A stretch of DNA of 64,000 bases, from contig CAVNZM010000003.1 in the NCBI GenBank assembly GCA_963693365.1, forward strand, positions 6,517,448 to 6,581,447. The letters run 5' to 3'. Positions 21,101 to 60,112 of this stretch are shown piece by piece. The DNA is from Amoebidium appalachense. Lineage: Eukaryota; Protista; Ichthyosporea. A model generated the notes under the pieces. The model did no database searches and was not told the DNA's origin. It was given only the letters and a program-made list of their open reading frames with translations. Within the stretch, counting starts at the first letter, position 1; every line of letters begins with the position of its first letter. A program made the translations under genes and the position numbers.

Positions 21101-23418
21101 CAGGCAGCCCACACCGGCAGCCACAGCAGGGGCCACCCAGCCAGCAGCAACCGACCCCACCCACACTGCAGCAGCTGCCTGCAGCAGCAGTGTGCAGCCC
21201 CGGCCGGCCGGCCCAGCACGGCCCCCCCAGCCGACAGTACCAACAGGAGCCACCAAGCCAGCAGCAGCAGCCTCAGGCTGCAGCCCTAGCAGGCAGCCCA
21301 CACCGGCAGCCACAGCAGGGGCCGCCCAGCCTGCAGGCCCTGCATGGGCTACCCGGCCAGCAGCAACAAATCACACCCTCACTGCAGCAGCTGCATGCAG
21401 CAGCAGATTGCAGCCCCGGCCGGCAGGCCCAGCACGGGCCACCCAGCCGACAGCACCAACAGGAGCAACCAAGCCAGCAGCAGCAGCCGCAGGCTGAAGC
21501 CCAAGCAGGCAGCCCACACCGGCAGCCAAAGCAGGGGCCACCCCGCCTGCAGACCCTGCCAGGGCCACCCACGGGCAACCAACAGCTACAGACCACACCC
21601 ACGCAGCCGCAACGGCCCACAGCAGCAGAGTGCAACCCTGGCCAGCAGGCGCGGCACGGGTCACCCACCCTGCAGCAGCACCCCACCCCCCCAGCAGCCC
21701 ACCTGTCTCAGACAGGGAGGCAGTGGGAGGAGTGGGAGGCAACCATGCGGGAGCAACTACAACTATACAGGTCCCAACTCCGAAGGAAACGGCAAAAACT
21801 CCTTTGGTTACGGGCAACAGCAGCAGCAGAAGCACGGTGCAAGCGTATGGTGGACGAACTCCGGCGAGCACTAAGCAGCATTTTAGACCGGGGGAGTGTG
21901 AACGTCTCGGCTACGTTAGTCAAGCACGTCACCCCAACGGGCACTGAGTACCTCACGGAGTGGGCTGACACGGAGCCCGTCATTCGTGAAACTTATCACC
22001 GGTGGACGGCCCGCAGGAACCCACACATCGAGGAGATGCTCGCCGACCCAATGTGGGCCGACATCTATCGACCGATCCCCCCCGAAGACTCCCCATTAGG
22101 GTCTATAATGCACCCGGCCACCCACGACGAGCTCCAACAGATCGTCCAAAGCCGACAGGGGGGGAAGGCCCCCGGCCCAACGGAAATCCAGTACGAATAC
22201 TTCCAACACCTGGGGCCAAAGGGGCTAGCATGGCTCCTACATATCATCAACGGATGTCTGGCCACGGGGACCACACCGAGGTCATGGCTGCACCACACCA
22301 TCCATCCCCTACCGAAAGGGGAATGGGAAGGTGACTTCGACAAAACCCGACCGATAGCACTCTTGGAAACGGCACGGAAGCTGCTAGAATCGGTCATCAA
22401 CCAGCGCCTACTCTCGATCTTCCGGCAGTACCCCCACCCTCCTCCCGGGGGGGAATTTTGGGTTCGTGCCGGGCCCGGGTATCGACGGGGCGCTGGCTAT
22501 CATCCGAGAGACGATAGAGGATGCCATAGACCACGACCAGGAACTATGGATCGTCCAACAGGACATTAAGAGGGCATATGACACGGTGTCTTGGCCCTCG
22601 GTGGAACTGGGGCTCACCCGCCTGGGCACAGACCCCCAGCTAATCACCCTCCTCCGGCACATGTGGCACAGTCGTACGGCCACGGTGTGCACAGACCAGG
22701 GGCACACTGAGTCTTTCCCTGTTGAAAACGGCCTGGCCCAAGGGGCTGTCCTCTCCCCCATTCTGTGGATTATATTCTACGATCCAGTTTTAACAGCCAT
22801 CAAAAGGCACGGCAAGGGGTACACTTTCCACCTACCCCCACAGACACAGCACCACACACCGGCACAAACACCCCCGTGTGTGACGTCTGTAGCTTTCGCC
22901 GACGACACAACATGGTTTGGCCCCAACAAGGAGAGCATCCAGCAAACTCTCGATTTATCTGCCCCCTTTTTTTATTACCATGACTTGGAACCACACCCAG
23001 ACAAGTTTTCAGTCCTCGCCCGTGGTACCCCAACACGGGCAACAGTGGCCCCCATGCAGTACCGCAAATCCCCGGGAGCACCACCCCTACCCATTCAGAT
23101 CGAGCTCCCCGATGCAAACATCAGAGTGCTAGGGGTCAACATCACCCTCCAACGACACACCCGGCCCAACGATGGGAAGGCCATGCAGCTGACATTACGG
23201 GCCACCACCATACTAGCCCGTAAAATGCTGGCACCCAGCCAAGTGATCTACGTAGCCAACAGTGTGGTGGCCCCGGCCATCCTCTTCCTCCTCAAAGGGT
23301 CAGTCATCAGCAACACCACCATGCAGGCAATCGACAGCAAGTGGAGAGACCTACTCCGTCGGAAGTGTGGTTTCCACCGGAGCACCCCGTCCGGGCTGCT
23401 ACACCATCCCACTCTAGG
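15162..23418 (+). pseudogene. LINE ORF2: APE endonuclease - Gln/Pro repeat - reverse transcriptase (frameshifted, C-terminally truncated)
   Basis: APE domain ~15370-16250; RT ~22100-23150 (GKAPGP, TRPIALLE, QDIKRAYDTV, QGAVLSP, AFADD, RVLGV). Frame changes at ~17037, ~20250 and ~22450. Confidence 0.88.
16850..21700 (+). repeat. Coding minisatellite, ~216-bp (72-codon) unit, ~22 copies, with higher-order structure
   Basis: Repeated GRPAQHGPPSRQHQQEPPSQQQQPQAAAPAGSPHRQPQQGPPSLQALPGPPSQQQPTTPTLQQLPAAADCSP; an 852-bp four-unit block is repeated at ~18481 and ~19333. Confidence 0.95.
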
Positions 23419-23419
23419 G

Positions 23420-23454
<35 letters not shown>

Positions 23455-23476
23455 GGGGGGGGAGGGGGGGGGGAGG

Positions 23477-23509
<33 letters not shown>

Positions 23510-25968
23510 GTTTTTTTTCCCGGGGGGGGGGGAGGGGTCCCAGAAGGGGAGGGGGGAAGTAGAGAGAGAGAGAGGTTGGGGGGGGGGGAGGGGGGGGGGA
23601 GGAGGGGAGGGGGGAGTACCAGGCAGACACGAAGCCGGGAACCCTGCTTGCATACGTCCTGCCTGCGCACCGACCACACCCATTTGCGAGCTGTTGCCTG
23701 TGCAAGCTAGCGGCTGCGGACTGTAAGACTGTGGCTCCCGTCAAAGGCTCAAAACACATAAGTTTTGCGACAGGAGGGGATATATTGGCATGAGCTTTGT
23801 CTTTACTGTGGCCAAAATATCAAGAGGTCGACGGGTGAAGAGGGGGCTAAGTTCGAAGGAAGGGAGATCCTAAGGGCGTTTACGCTGTTTACTCGAGGCA
23901 AACAGACCGTGTCCCCTGTGGCAGATCTCGAACACTATGTTACCATGCCTTTGATAGAAAGCACAGTTGCCAACGCGAAGTGCCGCGGTAAAAAGCCGAG
24001 ACTAGCTGAAGTCAAGGAGAAATGCAAGTGGGATGGAGCAAGCGTAAATCATGATGCACAAGAAAGGGGAAAAAAGAGCCAAACAGGACCGTGTGCACGT
24101 CAGAGAATTTGTCACAGATTATAGTGGCAGATGTATATGTCAACCTAAATTTTTGAAACCAACAGTTTACTCCTTCCCGTCATGCCAGCTGCAAATCATC
24201 AACAGTGTACTACGGTGGTATTATAATTGGTGTCGAGCTCGGCCACAAAGGAATACCGTGTTGCATGAGAATGTTGTTCCGGCTTAGCTGTTTGCAGATC
24301 ACAGGGAAGCATTAATAGCAACAACAGCAACAACACCTTTTTTCTTCTTTCATGGTGCTTAGCCTACCTACATGCAAGGACAAGACTGCCAAGAAAGGAT
24401 AAAACCAAGGAAAGTTTAGCAGGGTCCGGACTCCGGCGGATAGGGCCGTTCAAGGGGGATCGTTATCTAATCCTTTACATATGATTGGCTATCCTGACGG
24501 GGGCAAAAAAGCTATAAAACCCAGCTATGTACTTAGCCAGTAGAACCGCCGCCTCGAGAGCCTGCAGTCAGCCTTAATTTATTTTGACTATGTACACAGT
24601 ATGAATAGAAAAAAAATTTAAGAATATTTTTAATTATAAAAGTGTGATGATAGGGTTTGTCTCTAAAACATCTAATGATGTTGAGGGGAAGCAATGTGCT
24701 CATGATGGGCCGGGCCTAATCCGATGTGGTGAGTCGATGACGTAAACGGCTGTCATCGATACAACCCCAACGGTTGTGCGAGATTTCAAAAAAACAATGT
24801 ATTTGATAAAAAGCCATGCACAGCTCAGAAAGTCAAAAAAAAAGCAAACTTTCTGCATTAATCTAATAAGTAGCTTAATAATAGTAAATAGAATTATAAA
24901 TGAGTACTTGGATAGTGTTTAGGGCACTTTTATGTGCCTATCTGTACGAGCATGGGAAATATATCCAAATTGTGTATGATTTTGTCAGGATGCAAAATGA
25001 TTGTGTGAGGATCTAGTAATGTAAGTAGGAGGATCCAAAAATGTATTGGACGGGCCAATCGGAATAGCAATCTTGGAAGTCAGCATGGGGCGAGCCAATC
25101 AGAAATGTTATCTTCCGGCATCTCGGCAATAAAGATAGCAATTGGCCTGAGAAGCTGAGCCTCGGTGGCTCAGCAGAATAACGAGGGGAGTTTTGATGAT
25201 AAAGCAGCATAACGGTTTGTTTTCATACAAAACAAAAGCTATTTTATAGGTGATAAAAACTTATTACATATTTGTTTCTAATCTGTATATTACTTCTAGA
25301 TGAGGCATTGTGCTAAGTCATCTGCTTGTCAGGTTATGCTGGCCTATGTGCTTACTCGTCATTCGACATCATACATTGACCAGGCGACCGTTAGACTTGA
25401 CATTCCGTCTAGAAGATGTTAGTCAGATCAAGCCCTTGGCTACCGTGACAAACAACTAATAAAATGCAGGCAGAAAAACACGCTCCGCGGCTTGCGCCGG
25501 GATACCATGCCATGCAAACTTTGACACATGTGCATCCTTGGGAAAAAACTCATTGCTCGAAAGACTTATGGAAAAAAAATAAAAGAATTTATTTTCAAGA
25601 GTTTATTCTATACACAAAGAAGTTAATAAACTATACAGGTGTATGGAACAGCTTGTTTTTTTCTCTCTGCTGCGGTGAGCAATGCATGGTTGGTAGGGGT
25701 GAATCGGTTGGACGGTTGGTTCTAGTGAGGGAGCTCGTTGTCCAGTCAGCGCCTTGTTTTGCGGTTGCGTATCTCCGCGGTGTCTAGCCAATCAACGCGC
25801 AGGTAGCCGCAGTACTTATGAACTGGGCAGGGGAGCTAATGACTCAGTCATATCACTCGTCCGTGGAGAACAATTACAACTTTTTATTTTTGTTAGCGCA
25901 AGAACGATGTTTAGGTAGCCTCTACTCATACACCCAATAACTAGTTTTTACTGAAACATCTTGCTAAA

Positions 25969-26870
25969 ATGCCGCAGTGCACACACGGAAAGGGATTTGC
26001 CTGCACCGTCGCGTGCTTGGCACACTCTCTTGAGACGGAGTCACGTCATGCAGCCCACTCCAAGTACGTCCAACGGACACAAAAGGACGGTGGTGTGAGC
26101 GATCTGCAGAGAGACGCAGTTGTCAGTTGGCTTCTGTCTCTCAACACGCACATGGCCTTCTCCCAGCAGACTTTCTTCCTTGCGGTGAACTATCTCGACC
26201 GGTTCTTGTCACAAGTGAGAGTGCAGGAGAAGCACTTGCAGCTGCTTGCGGCGGCATGTTTTTTGCTTGCAAGCAAGGTGCAAGAAGAAAGTGAAGAGCA
26301 GCCGACACTGGGCGAGCTAGTCAAAGCTGGAGCATATGCTTTCAGGTGTGTATTCATAACTTCTCCTTTTCTCTTGTCGTCTTGGTCTGTTCAAGGATTT
26401 CTATGCTTAGGTTTGCTGTTATCTTTTACTTCAGTCAAGCGGAGAACACATACTAACCTTTTCCTTCCAACAGTGCCACAGATCTCGTGCGTATGGAGCG
26501 TATTGTGTGCGACAAGCTCAAGTGGGAGTTCTCCACCGTCACACCCCTCAACTTCGTTGTACAATACGTCGAGGTGGCAGCTAGCCACAATGTTATCCCC
26601 GAGAGAAAGGTCGTTGCCATTCTGACGTCAGCGGCAAAACATTTGGAACAAGTGTGCTTGTACGATTTTCTTCGCTACCCTCCTTCGCTCCAAGCGCTAT
26701 GTGCGCTGCTACTTGCCATACGCGAGCAGCTCCCACGCGCGCAGGCAGACAAGGTTATGCGGCAGATTCTTTCCTTATTGGAGCCCGTTGTGCAGTGGCG
26801 CCCGGAATCAGACCCCTTTCGGCTGTGCATGCTTGACATGCAGTATGTGCTGGGCGAGGTTCGGTGTTGA
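25969..26870 (+). CDS. Cyclin (cyclin G/I-like), 2 exons: 25969-26345, 26474-26870; 257 aa
   Basis: Cyclin box RDAVVSWL..TFFLAVNYLDRFLS..LQLLAAACFLLASKVQEE. A GT-AG intron (26346-26473) restores the frame to DLVRMERIVCDKLKWEF..TPLNF. Confidence 0.9.
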
Positions 26871-28304
26871 ACGCGAAGTGAAAGTGCTAAGACGCTGTTG
26901 TTTTAGATTATAGATACTACAGTTCCTCGCTGTTTCCATTAATGCTCTTGATTGCTGAAGTATAATCTTTTTGTGCAAGTCATACATATGACTGTTTTGT
27001 CCTCGTGGTACTTGTACCTATATTGCATCATTATTGGAACTGTTTTCTTTAAAACGGTTACGTCCATTTCCTGTTTTTGTTTGGCACGAATTGCCATGCA
27101 AACGAACTGAACTTGCCTGGTCAAATGAAACTATACATACGAACATTTTGTTGTTAACTGTTAACAATGTCTTGCAAGGATTTTTTTGGAAATATAAGTA
27201 AGTAAAGGTCTCGTGCTAGCGGCTCGTGCCTGTGTTTGTCAGCACAAAGGCGTTTTATTCCCTCGGCCTGGCTCTCCATGTCGAGGATGGACACTGGGGA
27301 AAGTGAAGTGACTTTGATGTTTTGGGTATCATGCAACCGTCAACAGGTTGACGCTCGCATATATATATATATATATATATATATGTAGGTAGGCATTTTA
27401 TAACATAAAACAAAAAAAACGCGGAAGGAGCTTGCAGGCTTCGCTGAAATTGCAGCAATTTCAAAATAAAAAAAAACACGAATGAAACATCTCAGGGCTT
27501 TTTATTCGTATGTGTCTCATGTTCAGTCTACTCAAGAGTAGTCAAGACGTCAGTGATACTGCGGTTTCCTTCAGTTGCATACAGCCAGACAAGACACGGC
27601 GCAACCTCGAGAGATTCAACATGATACGGCTCAACCTCGAAATATTGCAAATGTGACCTCACTGAGCGGCTTTTGTTTACAGCCGGTACCTATTTGCATC
27701 ATCATTCCTCCTCAAAGGGGGTTTGGCAACGGCCATGCCGACATGTGCACTTCTGTCCACCATTTATTTATATGTACAACTTGATATATGAAATACTTAA
27801 TTTTTCCATATCATATCCTATGCAGTTGCAGTTGCATGGATCGACTGGTCTCATGATTGCATTTGCATGGATCAACTGGCCTCATGATCACTCGCTTAGT
27901 CTTCTTGATGTGTAATTATGTATGTAAAACGCTATCATCTTGCTCACATCAATCACACGCCTGTATGCAGTCAACAGCTTACAAGTACCTGCACGCTAGC
28001 CAGCAAAAACACCGCATTAGCTCACACAGTGTGTCCATGTGTAACGAGCCAGGCACTGTAAAAACGAACTATCTATTTTTCACTCGTCATGGCGGCAATC
28101 CGACCTGCTGTCTTCTTTCATGATATACTTCTCATTCTTTATCACACCGCAACAACAACTAAAAAAAAGCCAGCTTTGGCCATGGCAAGAAATCGCCCAA
28201 CACATGGCAATATGGGCTCTGGTAATGGCGGGATCCGGTTGACATTGTCAGTAGCGAAAGTGGCGCAACGGGGAGGATTGAAAGAACCATCATTATCCCG
28301 AACA

Positions 28305-48406
<20,102 letters not shown>

Positions 48407-49493
48407 GGTGGTGAAAGTATGCGTGTGTGTGTGTGGTGTGGTGTGGTGTGGTGGCGGTGTGGGGCGGAGGGGAAGGGGGGGGGGGGGGGGGGGGGGATGA
48501 GGGGGATGTGATGTGGGAGCAGATGACCCCTATTGCTTCGTTCTCGTGTATGTGGCTTCCGGATCACCTTATTGAAAAGAAAGAAAGAAAAAACTATTAG
48601 ACAATAGCTTGTTGCGTGTCCTTACATCATTTCCCTTGGAAAAACAACGGGACCAAATGGGACGTTCGATGGGTTCACACAATCCGTCCGATGCGTGGCC
48701 GTCCGTGGTCGTGGGCTCTACTCTGATATATATCCTATGAAACTAACTGTGTCTGTTGGTGTATCGAGCACAAATTACATTGTTACATTAGTAGCCCCAA
48801 CTTTTCCTTAGTTAGAGGAGAAGTAAACATGGTAACAGGCAATATTAATAATCCTTGTTTTTTCGTATGTATTGAACAGTTTTCGGAAGTGTCCGGGGAG
48901 AAAGAAAAACATAGCGATATCAGTGCGCGCCAAGTGGCTCAGTGGGAATTCTATTAGCCAATCACATAACGCCTAAATAGCCATTAATGGTTTATCGCTT
49001 TGAATCGGCTGCTCTATGAGGTGAGTCTGAGGTGACTCGGCGCACCCTTAGCGACTCATCACGTGATATGACGGTATTTGTGCATACCAGACGCGCAAGG
49101 TAAATAGTCTCTAATCACATGATAATATGTTTTTGTATGCATTTTTGTAGCATGAATATTGTCTTTTATGCAAGTGCCATGCATTTTCTGTACAGCAATT
49201 ACACCACACGCAAAATTTTGAACCTGTCAAATTCAGCCAATCATTATTCGCATCTGTCCGGATTTGGCAAGTAATGGAGCGAAGCAAAACTGCGCAACCA
49301 GCAACCGTTGCACTTATTTTTATCCAAGTTTTGTTATGGGGACGTCACCAGGCCAGTCCGTTTTGGGGTGTGACCAAAGAAAAAACGAAAAAAGAGAGGA
49401 AAACTAGAGAGAAGTAGAGAGGTGATTAGAGGTGGTGTGTGTGGATATATAGAAAGGGCAACTTATTACTCCGTAACTTCTCCTCACAAGAAA
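48407..49493. promoter_or_regulatory. Probable bidirectional promoter between the acyltransferase and 14-3-3 genes
   Basis: Head-to-head starts ~1.1 kb apart; CCAAT boxes (AGCCAATCA at ~48956 and ~49235), a GACGTCA element at ~49341 and TATATATA at ~49446. Confidence 0.5.
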
Positions 49494-56843
<7,350 letters not shown>

Positions 56844-57849
56844 AAAAAGCAACACAGGCAGCACCCGAAAGAATGACAGCAACCCCGCCTAGGGCTGGGG
56901 TGCTAAATTAATGGCCAATAAGATTCAAACAATAAAAGATTAAAATCTAAGCCGACATTTTGCGGCATGATGTCATTCCTCTTGTTCTGGAGTCCTTGCG
57001 AAGAATGCACACTGAATGTTTTTAATTATCAGGTGCTGCGATTGGGTTGAATTTATGCAAGTGGATGCATGGGTGGTGTGTTCTGCAGGTGGGAGGGTAA
57101 ACACTGTGCACGTGTGTGTGTGGGGGGGGGGGGGGTTCTACGTGGGCGCCCCCCCTTGTTATGCATCCTTTGGATGTGCGAGTTGCACTATGCATCGTGT
57201 TTGTGTAGTTCGTACTGACTGTATGGCGTTCAACCCTCCCCCCTCCCCCTCCTCCCCCCCCTCGCCCTCTCCCACACACACGCATACCCAAAAACACGCA
57301 GCGGCGCACACACATGTGTGTACATACAAGCCGTTCTGCATGCCTTTTGTGTGTGTGTGTTTGGTGTCACATCACTCACATGCATGTATGTATGCATGTA
57401 CAGTACGCAATTAACACAATGTTAACCTTGTATTAGTCCGGCACCTTTAATAAGTAAATACCCTTAAAGCACTTGGGAAGCGAGTACCTTCACACTAATA
57501 ATACACAGTCTGTATGTTAATAATGCATGCCTATTGCTAAATGACGAAGTCCCTCGAGTACACATAAATTCTAGAAACCAAAAGACCAGCTCTGGTTTCA
57601 TCGCTTCTAATAAGAAGTTGTCAGTCAACTCATACTGCCAAAAAACACATTCCCGACAAGGGCCTTATTGTATTTATATTTAGAACCAAACCAAAAAGGA
57701 TTCAAGACAGCAAAAAAAAAAACGCACCTCGGATGTTTCGAAGCATTCAAACAAATTTTGTGGCACATCATAAGTTCTTCATATATACCAGCGCACTGGA
57801 ATACAAAGCAACTTAGCAACATTCTCCCTAACACCCAGTCATTCATATT

Positions 57850-59492
57850 CGCGCGTTTGCATATGTTCGCAGTACATTTAGAGTGTCATTCATTACAAAT
57901 ATAAGGTGTTGCATTTGCCTAGACCTAAAGTCAAATTTCATCATTCCATCTGACACACGCACCATTCAATCGTCCAATGTGCGAATCAAGTCCCCAATCC
58001 ATCCACTCTTCCCACAGCATTCCTTACCCGTCCTTGCCTTTACATCAAACTCCACCAGGCGGAAAAACGCAAGCGCATGCTTTCTCACAGCACAATCCTC
58101 AAAATCCAAAAACAAGTTCCACAGCACAATCGTCGCATCAACCAACTTCACCGCTCTCTGATACGGCGCACCCAGTGATGCAGCACCTCCGCTTATCAGC
58201 CCCTCAAGCACAGAAACGAGCAGGGGGCCATAAGTGCACGTGAAATCTTGCACTCTCCCCCCGCCACCAACGTGAAATTCGCACCCCACCGCAAACATTT
58301 GATCGAGCGCTATTCTCTCCGCGTGGTCGTTTCCGTTCTTGAACATACCGAGAGATTGCAAGGCGGCGCGTGCCAAACCCTTTTGTGCGGCACAGCTCAT
58401 GGGGTCGATGAAGGTGCGCATGAGTGAAAGGGCGGTGGTACACAGTGCCTCCGCCTGCAACATCTTCAACGATGTACTCTCTTGGACCTTTCTCTGTGCC
58501 GCGTTGAAAACTATCCTCGCGGAAAGTTGCTTCTGCTGATTACGTGCCTGGCTTCCCTCGTCTGAAATTGTACGCGTGCCGAGCGGTGTGCCGCAACGCA
58601 TGGGTTCGGGTGAAGGTGGTGCCACGATGGGCTCTATTTTTTCAAGGTTGAGAGAGCTGAAGGCAAGGGTCACCGGCGCACGGAGGGTTTCAAAAGATGG
58701 GCCTGTGTTTGGGATGATATACATCAGAGACCACACAAGGCGCATACTACTCAAGGCGAATCTAAGTTGTGCGCAAGTTATACACAATCATGTAAGTTAA
58801 AAAAACCTGGCTTTAACTACGCTCGTGACAGGCAGTATCCTTTTCCTGTGTGGCAAACAATACTGGAACTATTGGTAGGAAAGAACACTGGCCCATACTG
58901 CTCTTGCTTGCGTGGAAACGTTTACCAAAGAAGTTTTTGCACAGTGCTAATAATTCGTCTCAGACTATTAGTATATCTCCAGGGTTTTCAGGTGTGTGTT
59001 TGCGTGTGAACACTCTGTTTGAGTGGTATGGGGACAGGAGTCAAGATTCTACTGTTTCACAGCTGCTTTGTTGCAGACACAGTACAGCGTTTCAAAGAAA
59101 GGTCGGGAACGAGGGTAGGAGGGCATAACTTTGAACCAGTGGAGCAGGAGAGGGAGGGAGGGGGAAGGGGGGAGAGGGGGGGGGGGGAGAGGGAAGGGGG
59201 GGAGAGGGGGCGCAGGAGGACAAACATGAACATATTATCTAATTCTCCTTAGTTACAGAGCTATGTGCCTTAGGGGGCGGGATGTCTCACCTTTATGGAT
59301 GCTTCCACGTTTGAACAAGCCCAGCCCAAGCGACTCCACAGTGGCCACAGCATCGGCATGTGGGTCCGACATGACAAACGGGACAACAGGTTCGGGTGCC
59401 ATTGCTGAGATGTAGCCGGTGGCTGTTCAGCCGTCTCGCAAAAACCGTTTGCGGTAAGGGGCCGAGGGGATAATGGAAAGGGACTGAGTCAT
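57850..59492 (-). pseudogene. Decayed orphan gene (273-aa open segment 57966-58787 with stop-interrupted flanks)
   Basis: High-complexity, protein-like ORF; the frame reads on past the TGA at 57966 (MVRVSDGMMKFDF..). Upstream segments contain in-frame stops, and there is a GTGAG donor at ~59290. No family recognised. Confidence 0.4.
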
Positions 59493-60112
59493 TAAGCGTG
59501 TAGGATCCGGATGCTGTTCTAAAAACTGCACTGTGTTGCTGGGTTAGAAAACGTCGTTGTTGCGTACACGGCGCGTGTTTCCAAGTGGAAAAGGCACGTT
59601 ACTTCGCTTGTTATATACTGCCTAGCATTGCCTGTTCTGAAAAAAAAAACAGCTTCAAAGTAATTTAACCGCTCATTTAGAAACTCAACCAACGAGCTAT
59701 TCAAGTGACGGTGCCAGACTGGGCCGGATGGAAAAGAGAATGGCCGTTTTTGTTTGGGCTCACGGTCATTAGCAAAGGCATTCCTGGGCACTGTAGTATT
59801 TATGAGATCTAGATACAAAACTGTATTTATAAAATATTCCATGTAATTTCATTTACACCCCTTAATGAAAGAGAAAAAGTTTTAAATGAACCCCATAAAG
59901 CTAAATATCAAAACACAGTATCGGACTTTTCAAAAGAGGAGTCAGTCTGATAAAGGTGCCAATTTTTGTGAGTAATCTTCAGAACTCGATGGTACTTTGA
60001 AAGCAGCGTACCAATTGAATGAGCATACTAAAAAAAAACAATATTAGATCTCTCAGCTCGCTACTTTTTCCTATCACACCGCATCAAAAAATTTTCAGCT
60101 TAACAAAAATTA

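Larger units (their letters stand above)
2167..23418 (+). mobile_element. Non-LTR retrotransposon (LINE; ORF1 + APE-RT ORF2), interrupted by nested insertions and 3'-truncated
   Basis: ORF1 with CCHC knuckles can be reassembled across two TSD-bounded insertions. ORF2 has APE motifs (GTLN, LTET, AGDFN, RIDY, TDH) and RT motifs (QDIKRAYD, QGAVLSP, FADD). Coding similarity stops at ~23418 in a (GA)n/G tract. The true 5' end (upstream of 2167) and 3' end are not identifiable. Confidence 0.9.

Noticed and set aside
16563-21871. Long antisense and alternative-frame ORFs (e.g. 19250-21313 minus; Ala/Thr-rich frame of 17539)
   Set aside because: By-products of a stop-poor GC-rich tandem repeat; only the Q/P frame connects to EN and RT.
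23620-24290. 119-aa ORF after the LINE break
   Set aside because: No similarity to a LINE C-terminus or any family I recognise.
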